A program made the translations under genes and the position numbers. Shown one piece after another: positions 1 through 7,780 of a stretch of DNA of 11,773 nucleotides. Origin of the DNA: Elusimicrobiota bacterium. Its GTDB lineage: Bacteria; CG03; SLGR01; JBDRKX01. The notes beneath the pieces were generated by a model. That model did not search any database. It was given only the letters and a program-made list of their open reading frames with translations, and was not told where the DNA came from. Positions within the stretch are counted from its first letter, which is position 1. Every line of letters starts with the position of its first letter. The stretch covers positions 1-11,773 of the forward strand of contig JBDRKX010000090.1 of the NCBI GenBank assembly GCA_043813605.1, written 5' to 3'.

Positions 1-1
1 A

Positions 2-1537
2 GTTAAAGAAGAGATGATAGATACCCTTGCCGGCGCTCCGGCAAACCGCTGGAAAGTGGCGTTAGCCGATTTGGGTTGTACTGAAGCCGAATATGAGGAT
101 ACGCTCAAGAATCTGGAGACAGTATACCTTAACGATGAAGAAGAGGAAGAATTCAAGAAACGCGGGATACTTATGCTTGAAAACTACTTCAAGGATAACC
201 AGACAAATCCTAATAAGATAGTGGCGGTGGAAAAACAGCTGATGATAACCTACAAAGGTCTGGATCTGCTGGCATTCATTGACAGGATAGAAAAGACACC
301 TGACGGAAAGATCGAAGTAATTGACTATAAGTCAGGCCAGAGGACCATGGATGAAGAGCATATAAAAGGAGGAGAGGTTCCGCAGGCGGAACTGTATACT
401 ATGATGGTGCAGAACCGCTGGAAAACAAGACTCAGAAATTTCTATTTCTATTATCTTTCAAAAAGGGAGAAAGTCAAATGTAATCCGCCCCAAAGGTTCA
501 TAGACAGGACATTCGAGCGTATGCTGGAAACAGCCGATAATATAAGATATAAACGGTTTCAGGCTACACCGGGTCCTTTATGCGGCTGGTGCGATTATGA
601 AGTTGTATGCCCGGAGTGGAGAGGAGTGCAGTCTCCTTTCAGGGGTATTTTCAGAGCCGCCCGGGAACGCGGCAGGACGACATTCTCGTATTCAAAGATG
701 AGTATGTATAAAAACTGCCCGTACAGTTACAAGAAACTGTATATAGATAAAATCCCGATGAAACCGAAGAATTTTTTCTCAATAGGGCATTCCTGTCACG
801 AGACCATGGAGGAATTCTTCACTCAGCCGTACCAGTCCTCACTGAAACAGCTGCGCAGGATGTATGAAAACCGCTGGCATAGAGAAGGATATAAAAATGA
901 GCTGGAAGAACGCGAATTCTTTGATAACGGCTGGGACTGGCTGGAAAAATACTATGTAAAATATGTAGAAGGCCAGTTTATCCCTGCTCACGAAGTCGAA
1001 ATATATTTTCAGCTGCCTATAGGCAATGATTATGTTATGAACGGATATCTCGACAGGCTGCAGAAGAATTCTGACGGGACATACGAGATATTCGACTACA
1101 AAACGGATCCAAAACTAAGGACTCAGGAAGAAGTCGACCGTGATCTTCAGCTGACAGCCTATTATTGGGCAATGAAACAGCGGGGAATAGAAGTGGGCAG
1201 ACTGTCCCTTGAATTCCTTCAATTCACGCAGAGGATATCGACTGGTAGGACTGAGAAAGATATACCTTTGTTTATCAATGATGTAAACAAGACAGTGGGA
1301 GAGATGGCATACGGAGAAGAAAGATTAAAGACTAATCCCGAGCGGTCAGATAAGTTTTTTCCGCCGAAAGTAAATAAATACTGCGGGGGATGTGATTATC
1401 TCCATGGCTGCCCGATGGAACATGACATAAAGACCAAGTACAGGGACAAAGTGATGAATCTTGAAGAAGAACCGGTTCCCGAACCTGCTCCTGAGATGAG
1501 CGAGGAAGAGAGTGAAGAGGAGAAAGAAGAGAAATGA
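2..1537 (+). CDS. Tandem double PD-(D/E)XK nuclease (RecB/AddB/Cas4-like, Fe-S iron-staple type); probably 5'-partial
   Basis: Frame is open from base 2 (first ATG at 14; numbering from it). Domain 1: VAVEK..FIDRI (D90)..VIDYKSG (D104,K106)..QAELY..CGWCDYEVVC (C190,C193,C199). Domain 2: FSYSKMSMYKNCP (C235)..GHSCH..EVE..YLDRL (D347)..IFDYKT (D361,K363)..QLTAY..CGGCDYLHGC (C457,C460,C466). The first Cys of domain 1 is not in the window, implying the gene starts upstream. Confidence 0.88.
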   Translation, partial: VKEEMIDTLAGAPANRWKVALADLGCTEAEYEDTLKNLETVYLNDEEEEEFKKRGILMLENYFKDNQTNPNKIVAVEKQLMITYKGLDLLAFIDRIEKTPDGKIEVIDYKSGQRTMDEEHIKGGEVPQAELYTMMVQNRWKTRLRNFYFYYLSKREKVKCNPPQRFIDRTFERMLETADNIRYKRFQATPGPLCGWCDYEVVCPEWRGVQSPFRGIFRAARERGRTTFSYSKMSMYKNCPYSYKKLYIDKIPMKPKNFFSIGHSCHETMEEFFTQPYQSSLKQLRRMYENRWHREGYKNELEEREFFDNGWDWLEKYYVKYVEGQFIPAHEVEIYFQLPIGNDYVMNGYLDRLQKNSDGTYEIFDYKTDPKLRTQEEVDRDLQLTAYYWAMKQRGIEVGRLSLEFLQFTQRISTGRTEKDIPLFINDVNKTVGEMAYGEERLKTNPERSDKFFPPKVNKYCGGCDYLHGCPMEHDIKTKYRDKVMNLEEEPVPEPAPEMSEEESEEEKEEK

Positions 1538-2502
1538 CCGGTAGTGATAAAATGAAAAGAGCCGGCGCGAGGATCATACTTGGAATAAGTCTCACGGTGG
1601 TGCTGGGCCTGTCGCTTGTTATACTGTTTAACACAAATTTTTCAGGTCTCAGGAAAAAGATGTTTAGCAGTAAACATCTTTATGCGATACTGGAAACGAC
1701 TTTTCTTTATGTCGGCCAGGGTGATGCAACCGTTATAAGAGATGTAAGAGAAGGCGGAAAAGTAATGCTGATAGACGCCGGCCCGCCGGGAAATACAGGT
1801 ACAAAAACTAATGAAGAAGCCCTGAATGCCGGCCGGGTATACGTGCTGCCCTACCTGCAGAAAGAAGGGATCAGCAAAATAGACTATGTAGTGGCAACCC
1901 ATAAAGACAAAGACCATATTGGCGGGCTGGTGTACATACTTGAAAATATAGATGTGGGAACTGTCCTGGATAACGGTTCTTCCGATATAACCAGGCATCA
2001 TAAGGCGATGACAGATATACTTTCAGAAAAACCTGATATTGTATACAGGGCAGTTTCTGCCGGGGAACTTATTCCTTTCGGGGAGGATATCGTGTGCCAG
2101 GTGATCGCCCCTTTAAGGACATATGAAAAAACGGAAAATCCTGAGAATAACTCGTCAGTAGTAATACGTTTTACTGTTGGTGATGTTTCATTTATTCTTC
2201 CCGGAGATATAGAGATACCGGCTGAACTGGATCTTCTTTCATACGGGAAAGCGTTGAGGACCACTGTGCTGAAAGCGCCGCATCACGGTTCAACATCTTC
2301 CAGTTCTATCCCTTTTCTGGATGTAGTTAAGCCGGAAGTGGGCGTATTTTCATGCGGCAGATATAACAAATACGGGTTTCCCGATATTGAAATTGTAAGA
2401 AGGTTTGAAGATAGAGGCGCAAAAATATACCGCACGGACAAATGCGGTAATATAAAGATAATAACAGACGGCAGGGAATATAGAATTATAAAAGAAAAAT
2501 AG
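1534..2502 (+). CDS. Membrane-anchored ComEC/Rec2-type metallo-beta-lactamase-fold hydrolase (putative nuclease)
   Basis: N-terminal hydrophobic helix IILGISLTVVLGLSLVILF; motifs VGQGDA, LIDAG, THKDKDHIGG (HxDxDH, 1900-1917), ENNSSVV, PGDIE, APHHGS, NKYGFP, IYRTD. ATGA overlap with the upstream stop; alternative start at 1552. Confidence 0.9.
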   Translation: MTGSDKMKRAGARIILGISLTVVLGLSLVILFNTNFSGLRKKMFSSKHLYAILETTFLYVGQGDATVIRDVREGGKVMLIDAGPPGNTGTKTNEEALNAGRVYVLPYLQKEGISKIDYVVATHKDKDHIGGLVYILENIDVGTVLDNGSSDITRHHKAMTDILSEKPDIVYRAVSAGELIPFGEDIVCQVIAPLRTYEKTENPENNSSVVIRFTVGDVSFILPGDIEIPAELDLLSYGKALRTTVLKAPHHGSTSSSSIPFLDVVKPEVGVFSCGRYNKYGFPDIEIVRRFEDRGAKIYRTDKCGNIKIITDGREYRIIKEK

Positions 2503-2514
2503 AGGAGAAAAAAG

Positions 2515-3087
2515 ATGGATGAAGAAAAGTCTAAAAGAAGCCAGATCGTTGTGAAAAGGACTCTTCAATTGAAATATGCCGCAGTGGTACTTCTGGCCAT
2601 GCTCGCTACAGCGCTTACTGTAGGCGCGGATTTTTATATCAGGCTGCACGGATTCGTAAAAGATTTTCTGGGAGATCTGCCTGATCGCAGTATAGAGCAG
2701 CTTATGATGAACATGAACCAGCTGATGTATGCCAAACTGGTGGTGCTTATACTCATAGCAACAGCAATAAGTCTCTATATATCACATAAATTTGCCGGGC
2801 CTATAGTGCATATTGAAAAGAGTATAGGAATAGTAGCCAACGGGGATCTTACCCATAAAGTGTACTTCAGGTCAGGAGACGAGTTGAAACATCTTGCGGA
2901 CTATTTTAACTATATGATGGGCCAGATCAGGATTGCGGTCGGTGACGACCGTGCTGCTATTTCCGAGGTAACTGCCAAGCTGGACTACCTTAAGAGCAAG
3001 GTCGTTGATAATGACGCAAAAGAAGAGCTGGATGGGATAATAGCAAAGTTAAAGAATGTAACCGGATTCTGGAAGATGGTAGATTAG
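2515..3087 (+). CDS. Two-TM, HAMP-domain membrane protein without an output domain
   Basis: SD-like GAGGAG upstream; two hydrophobic segments, then HAMP pattern SHKFAGPIVHIEKSIGIVANGDLTHKVYFRSGDELKHLADYFNYM and a short helical tail. No kinase or MCP signalling motif. Confidence 0.8.
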   Translation: MDEEKSKRSQIVVKRTLQLKYAAVVLLAMLATALTVGADFYIRLHGFVKDFLGDLPDRSIEQLMMNMNQLMYAKLVVLILIATAISLYISHKFAGPIVHIEKSIGIVANGDLTHKVYFRSGDELKHLADYFNYMMGQIRIAVGDDRAAISEVTAKLDYLKSKVVDNDAKEELDGIIAKLKNVTGFWKMVD

Positions 3088-3088
3088 A

Positions 3089-4075
3089 TCAGTAGTTTTC
3101 TGAATGTCTTAAGGAATTTTTTGAAAATTCCTCTATAATTCTTTCAAATCCCTTTTTCTCAGTTATTTTGAAGACATTCTGCCGAAGTTCCTTTATACCG
3201 CGAAAAAACCTGGTATAATAAACGAATGTCTTGCGGTATATATAAGGCGCTCTGTACCGACCATAGAAATCAAATAACTTCTGCAGGTGCTTTTTCATGA
3301 CAACGGCAGTCATATCGGCTTTCGGGCGCTTGTGCAAAGTACCCGATAATAGGAAATCTTCAATATCTCTGAATATCCATGGATTACCGAAAGACCCGCG
3401 CGCAACAAGAATACCGCTCGATCCTGTCCTGTCTAACATTGTTTTTGCGGCTTGCGGGGAAAGGATGTCGCCGCTTGCGATTACCGGTATGCTGAGTTTT
3501 TTAGACACATTGTATATTGTCTCATAATCTACATCGTCACGGTAAAACTGTCTGCTTGTTCTTCCGTGTAAGAAAACAGCTGACACACCGGCATCCTCTG
3601 CCCGCTTTGCTATATCAAGAGCGTTCAGATGGTCTTTATCCCATCCTGTCCGGATCTTGACGGTCACCGGCCTGGAACTGTTCTTTACCATGAGGCGGAT
3701 GAGGCGCTGGAATTTTTCGGGATCTTTCATCAGGGCCGATCCTTTGCCCCTGCGCACCACTTTTCTTGCAGGACATGCAGCGTTAAAATCCAGGATATCA
3801 AATTTAATATTTTCTATGCGTTCCATGGCAGTGAGCAGTTGCTGCTCGTCATTCTCGATGAGTTGAACTCCGAGGGGGCTGTCATCTTCGGTTACCGACA
3901 GCATTTCGAGTGTCCTGCGGTTATTGTAATGCAGGCCCGTAGCGCTTATCATCTCGGTAAAAGCGAATTTGCAGCCGAATTCCCTGTTGATCATCCTGTA
4001 CGGGAGGTCAGTTACCCCTGACATCGGGGCGAGCATTACATTTGCATCTATTTTTATGTTGCCTATTCTGATCAT
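3089..4075 (-). CDS. dusB: tRNA-dihydrouridine synthase (DusB-like)
   Basis: Motifs LAPMSGVTD, FTEMIS, GVQL, DFNAACP (catalytic Cys), GSALMKDP, PVTVKIRTGW, HGRT, IPVIASGDI, ARGSFGNPWIF. Confidence 0.93.
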   Translation of the reverse strand: MIRIGNIKIDANVMLAPMSGVTDLPYRMINREFGCKFAFTEMISATGLHYNNRRTLEMLSVTEDDSPLGVQLIENDEQQLLTAMERIENIKFDILDFNAACPARKVVRRGKGSALMKDPEKFQRLIRLMVKNSSRPVTVKIRTGWDKDHLNALDIAKRAEDAGVSAVFLHGRTSRQFYRDDVDYETIYNVSKKLSIPVIASGDILSPQAAKTMLDRTGSSGILVARGSFGNPWIFRDIEDFLLSGTLHKRPKADMTAVVMKKHLQKLFDFYGRYRAPYIYRKTFVYYTRFFRGIKELRQNVFKITEKKGFERIIEEFSKNSLRHSENY

Positions 4076-4101
4076 ATTTTTAAAAGTAATATTATATACG
4101 G

Positions 4102-4130
4102 ATTATAAAAAAGGGCGGTTAATCTTGCAA
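4102..4130 (-). promoter_or_regulatory. Sigma70-type promoter for dusB
   Basis: Minus strand TTGCAA (4130-4125), 17 nt spacer, TATAAT (4107-4102); the -10 lies 26 nt before the dusB ATG. Confidence 0.65.
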
Positions 4131-4152
4131 GCGCCGGAAAAAATGATAAAAT
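4125..4152 (+). promoter_or_regulatory. Sigma70-type extended -10 promoter for the SLBB/comEC operon
   Basis: TTGCAA (4125-4130), 16 nt spacer containing TG at 4144-4145, TAAAAT (4147-4152). Confidence 0.55.
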
Positions 4153-4191
4153 CACAATTAAACGGTAGTTGATATAAAATAGGGGGGTAAT

Positions 4192-4620
4192 GTGAATTTC
4201 CTTCGAAACAGATCGCCTGCAGTAAAACTGGTGTTTTTCTTGGTTTTTTTCGCTATCCTGGGTTTTATGGGATGGGTCATACGCGGTGAAAAGTATCAGT
4301 TGTTCTTTAACATTTTTAGAGCAAAAGAAACTGCTGCAATATCCCGTGAACGGAAATATTCCTGCCGCATATCCGGTGAAGTACATTATCCGGGATCATA
4401 CCGCCTTCGGCGAGGCGCAAAGATCTCGGATCTTATAAATGCTGCCGGCGGGTTGACTTCCCGGGCAGATACAAGCGCAATAAATCTCACAGAGATATTA
4501 AATGACGGGACAGAGCTGATAATACCCCCGACAGGTAATCTGATAAGGAGACTGGGTATAGGCAAAGGCCCGGAAGAAGATTATATCATCCCGCCGGTCA
4601 TTGTCGAGAAAGCCCAATAG
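4192..4620 (+). CDS. ComEA-like SLBB-domain membrane protein lacking the HhH DNA-binding domain
   Basis: GTG start after AGGGGGG; N-terminal TM helix; ISGEVHYPGSYRL..KISDLINAAGGLTSRADTSAINLTEILNDGTELIIP matches the ComEA N-terminal/SLBB pattern; lies directly upstream of comEC. Confidence 0.82.
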   Translation: MNFLRNRSPAVKLVFFLVFFAILGFMGWVIRGEKYQLFFNIFRAKETAAISRERKYSCRISGEVHYPGSYRLRRGAKISDLINAAGGLTSRADTSAINLTEILNDGTELIIPPTGNLIRRLGIGKGPEEDYIIPPVIVEKAQ

Positions 4621-4625
4621 ATTAA

Positions 4626-6740
4626 GTGAATATAAGAAATAAACCAGTGCCTTTTTTTCTTTCGGCTGCCGCCGTGGTGTCCGGTATATGTATCGGTAAT
4701 GCATTAAAGGGAGCGGGAATATCTCCCTTTTTGCGGCTGGCGGCATTCTTTATGCCGGCGGCATTATGTCTTCTGATTTTTTCCAGAAACAAAGCGGCGC
4801 ATGTCCTCTTTATATGTTCACTGGTATTTTTGTCCGCTTCAAACTTTCTGTACAGGAATGTCCCTGCCGCCTTGAATATATATCAAATGCTGCCTTTTGA
4901 GGGAAAGGTCAGCGGAAAGGTACTGCTGTCAGTCAGGGATCTTATTGTAGAAGTTGAAAGTATAGAAACAGAGAAATACAGCGGAGAATACTCGGGGAAA
5001 GTGCTGGTCCGATGGAAAGGAGCAAAACCTCCTCCTGATTCTGAAGTAATGATAACGGGAAAGTTCGGTTTTCCTTCAGCTCCCGTAAATCCCGGACAGT
5101 TCGACTGGAAACGATATCTGGAAAACCGCGGTATATTCACAGAAGCGGATGCAGAGAATATTTCCGTAATAAAAGAGACTTATACAGGCCGGATGATACA
5201 TAGTATAAGGAATTACATGCGGGAAACAATATACAGGCATATTCCGGAAAAAGAAGCCGGGATACTATCCGGAATACTTACCGGAAATCCCGGGTCGGTT
5301 TCGGAAAATGCTCTTGAGAAGTTCCGCCGGTCAGGCGTAATGCATCTTCTTGCTGTGAGCGGCCTCCATGTGGCCCTGATCCTGTACGCGATCTTCTTTC
5401 CGCTTGCGGCGCTCGGATTCAGGAAGGATCGCGCTTTTTTTGTTTCTTTAGTCATTATGTATCTGTATGTCTGTGTTACAGGCGCGCGGCCTTCGGCCAT
5501 GCGGGCGTCGGTTATGCTCACCATGCTTGTTGCCGGCGACATGCTGGGCGGCCGGGGTAATGTTTATAACAGCTTATGTATAGCAGCTGTGATTATCCTG
5601 GGAGCGGAGCCCGGACTGCTTTTTACAGCAGGATTCGGTTTATCGTTCCTGGCGGTATTCGGGATAATATACCTGGCGCCTCAAATGTACAAATATCTGG
5701 GGCGGCCGCTGGCTGTGTCTGTTTCCGCTGTCCTGGCGATACTTCCAGTGCTGGTGTGGGATTTCAATTATATCCCGTTTTTATCGCCTCTTACCAATCT
5801 TATTGTAGTCCCTCTTACCGGGATTGCCGTAACTGTAGGAATGCTGATGCTCGTTTTTTCCGGTTTGTCAGGATTCCTCGGAGATATATACGGTATATCA
5901 GCTTATTACATAATAAGGGTAATAGAATTAATAACAGGATTTGCCGCAGGATGTCCCATGGTGGGAATGGACGTTGCAAGGCCTTCCGTGATTTCGGTTA
6001 TAATATATTATTTATTGTTGATACTTACAGGTATGAATAGTTCAAAACGGCGTAATATTGTATTAATTGTGGTGATGCTGGCGTTACCGGCGAGCTTTAT
6101 ATTCGGTACCGGGACAAAAAACTCATTTATTGCTGTGCTGAAAAACGGCCGCTCATATACATTAGTTATCAAAGTGAAGAAAAAGGAAGTATTTATTATG
6201 ACGGGAAGAGAGTCTCCCCAAAGCGATACGGTCTCGTCCTTTTTGTACTCGGAAGGTATAGGCAGGATAAAACATATCTATTTAATGCACCCGCCGTATT
6301 ATTATGCAGGAGCTGTAAGGGATATATCAGGACAGTTCGGAGTCCGAAAGATCTATTATACGGGTGTAGTAGGGAATACTGCCTGCTGGCAGGGAGGACA
6401 GGAGTATTCCGGAAAAACAACAATGAAAAAAGTGACGGCAGGAGATACTGTCGTTTACGGTGAAGCAGTATTGAGGATTACCGAGCCGGCCAACGAATAC
6501 CTTGATATCCGGGATAATATCATTCAGGCCGAATTGACAGGAAAAAAAGATATATTTTTCTATACAGGCGGGGATCCTCCCAAAAATAGAGTTGATGCTG
6601 TTATTATGATAGAACCTTATAAACCCGATTGGGAAAATATATTAAATAAATGCCGCGGCCCGGTCATATACCTGGGTGAAGAGACACCGCCCGCCGGAGT
6701 GCTGTGGGTAAAAGACGGCGGTAAAGTCTTTTACCTCTGA
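4626..6740 (+). CDS. comEC: ComEC/Rec2 DNA-uptake channel protein with degenerate C-terminal MBL domain
   Basis: GTG start 5 nt after the upstream stop; N-terminal TMs plus OB-like DUF4131 region ending NPGQFDWKRYL; competence-domain motifs GILTG, FRRSGVMHLLAVSGLHV (HLLAVSGLHV at 5343-5372), PSAMRA, GFGLSFLAV, NLIVVP; soluble C-terminal domain with MBL-like layout. Confidence 0.92.
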   Translation: MNIRNKPVPFFLSAAAVVSGICIGNALKGAGISPFLRLAAFFMPAALCLLIFSRNKAAHVLFICSLVFLSASNFLYRNVPAALNIYQMLPFEGKVSGKVLLSVRDLIVEVESIETEKYSGEYSGKVLVRWKGAKPPPDSEVMITGKFGFPSAPVNPGQFDWKRYLENRGIFTEADAENISVIKETYTGRMIHSIRNYMRETIYRHIPEKEAGILSGILTGNPGSVSENALEKFRRSGVMHLLAVSGLHVALILYAIFFPLAALGFRKDRAFFVSLVIMYLYVCVTGARPSAMRASVMLTMLVAGDMLGGRGNVYNSLCIAAVIILGAEPGLLFTAGFGLSFLAVFGIIYLAPQMYKYLGRPLAVSVSAVLAILPVLVWDFNYIPFLSPLTNLIVVPLTGIAVTVGMLMLVFSGLSGFLGDIYGISAYYIIRVIELITGFAAGCPMVGMDVARPSVISVIIYYLLLILTGMNSSKRRNIVLIVVMLALPASFIFGTGTKNSFIAVLKNGRSYTLVIKVKKKEVFIMTGRESPQSDTVSSFLYSEGIGRIKHIYLMHPPYYYAGAVRDISGQFGVRKIYYTGVVGNTACWQGGQEYSGKTTMKKVTAGDTVVYGEAVLRITEPANEYLDIRDNIIQAELTGKKDIFFYTGGDPPKNRVDAVIMIEPYKPDWENILNKCRGPVIYLGEETPPAGVLWVKDGGKVFYL

Positions 6741-6932
6741 TTTGCCTCTGACTATGGATCCAAAATTGAGAAATAAGTTATTGACGAGAGAAGGAATAAA
6801 AAAGATTCGCCAAAATGGTAAAAGCTGGACGAGAGATAATACATAATAAAACTTCATGTAGGTTTTAGTTAAAAAAGCCGTGTCTGGCGGAAGCCCGGGT
6901 GCTAACATCGGATCTTGTCCGGATTATTAATA

Positions 6933-6961
6933 TTGACATAAATCAATTATGAAGTCATAAT
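6933..6961 (+). promoter_or_regulatory. Sigma70-type promoter of the response regulator, overlapped by an inverted-repeat operator candidate
   Basis: TTGACA (6933-6938), 17 nt spacer, CATAAT (6956-6961); perfect inverted repeat AATTATGA-AG-TCATAATT at 6945-6962. Confidence 0.7.
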
Positions 6962-6971
6962 TCCGTATAAT

Positions 6972-7655
6972 ATGGAAAAAAGCACATTAATACTAGTTGT
7001 AGATGACGATTCGGGAATGGTCGAACTGATTAGAGGTCTATTGGAGATAAATGAATTCAAAGTTGATGCGGCATATGATGGTGAGGAGGCATTGAAAAAG
7101 GCGCGGGATATTATTCCTGATTTAATAATATTAGACTGGACAATGCCTAGAATGGATGGATGGGAAGTCTGCCGCAGTCTTAGGAAAGACAAAAAGACGG
7201 AAAATATCCCGATTATAATGCTCACATCACGCAATACACCTGAAGACGAAGTTATAGGTCTGGAAGTCGGCGTGGATGATTTTATGAATAAGCCATTCAA
7301 TAATGATGTGTTTATTGCGCGAATCAATACTGTCTTAAGACGATATGCACAAGAGAACAAAAGAGAATTGAAATCCGGAAATATTTATATTAATTTGGAT
7401 AAACACGCAGTATTAATAGATGATCAGCCAGTCAGCTTATGGCCCAAAGAGTTTGATCTTCTCTATTTCATGATGAAGAAACAGGGAGATGCTGTATCCA
7501 GAGATAATTTACTGGAATCTGTTTGGGGATACCAGTATTTCGGTACAACCCGTACTGTGGATGCTACTATAAAACGCTTAAGAAAAAAAATGGGCGCCCA
7601 ATCAGACAGAATTGAGACAATAAAAGGAATAGGATATAGATTTACGGAAGAATAA
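6972..7655 (+). CDS. OmpR/PhoB-family DNA-binding response regulator (PhoB/PhoP-like)
   Basis: Receiver motifs LVVDDD, LIILDW (D55), IPIIMLT (T85), DDFMNKPF (K107); winged-helix motifs KEFDLL, SRDNLLESVWG, RTVDATIKRLRKK, IETIKGIGYRF. Confidence 0.95.
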   Translation: MEKSTLILVVDDDSGMVELIRGLLEINEFKVDAAYDGEEALKKARDIIPDLIILDWTMPRMDGWEVCRSLRKDKKTENIPIIMLTSRNTPEDEVIGLEVGVDDFMNKPFNNDVFIARINTVLRRYAQENKRELKSGNIYINLDKHAVLIDDQPVSLWPKEFDLLYFMMKKQGDAVSRDNLLESVWGYQYFGTTRTVDATIKRLRKKMGAQSDRIETIKGIGYRFTEE

Positions 7656-7717
7656 GAATCTCCATTGCACACCCAAAGAAAACTTTCCAGTGTCTAACGC
7701 AAATTCCGGGTTAGAAC

Positions 7718-7761
7718 AAGTTACATAAAAGTTACATAAAGATCAAACATAAGTCACATTA
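7718..7761 (+). repeat. 11-bp-period direct repeats, candidate OmpR/PhoB-family binding site
   Basis: AAGTTACATAA (7718-7728), AAGTTACATAA (7729-7739), a degenerate unit (7740-7750), and AAGTCACATTA (7751-7761), all in register; candidate -10 TAATAT at 7771-7776. Confidence 0.65.
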
Positions 7762-7780
7762 ATATGTTAATAATATAGTG

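Noticed and set aside
2..1537. CRISPR-Cas assignment for the Cas4-like domains
   Set aside because: No repeat-spacer array, cas1 or cas2 in the window.
2515..3087. Methyl-accepting chemotaxis protein call
   Set aside because: No MCP signalling hairpin; the protein ends shortly after the HAMP domain.
4190..4195. ATG-TGA start-stop overlapping the GTG start of the SLBB gene
   Set aside because: Too close to the SD-like G-run and easily arises by chance.
1332..6908. Short alternative-frame and antisense ORFs in the track (e.g. 1332-1634, 1642-2001, 3629-4021, 4072-4386, 5576-6040, 6642-6908)
   Set aside because: They overlap well-supported genes and show no recognisable motifs; likely shadow ORFs.
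6783..6925. GACGAGAGA repeated at 6783 and 6828, small hairpins, and a GCCCG..GCTAAC..CGGA string faintly like the c-di-AMP (ydaO) or SAM-I 3' end
   Set aside because: Core conserved motifs and pairings of those riboswitches are missing, and the region lies upstream of the regulator's apparent promoter. An Rfam scan would settle it.
6966..6971. Perfect TATAAT abutting the regulator ATG
   Set aside because: It would start transcription inside the CDS and has no good -35; the TTGACA/CATAAT pair fits better.
7693..7715. TCTAAC..GTTAGA hairpin after the regulator as a terminator
   Set aside because: Short stem, 11-nt loop and no U-tract.
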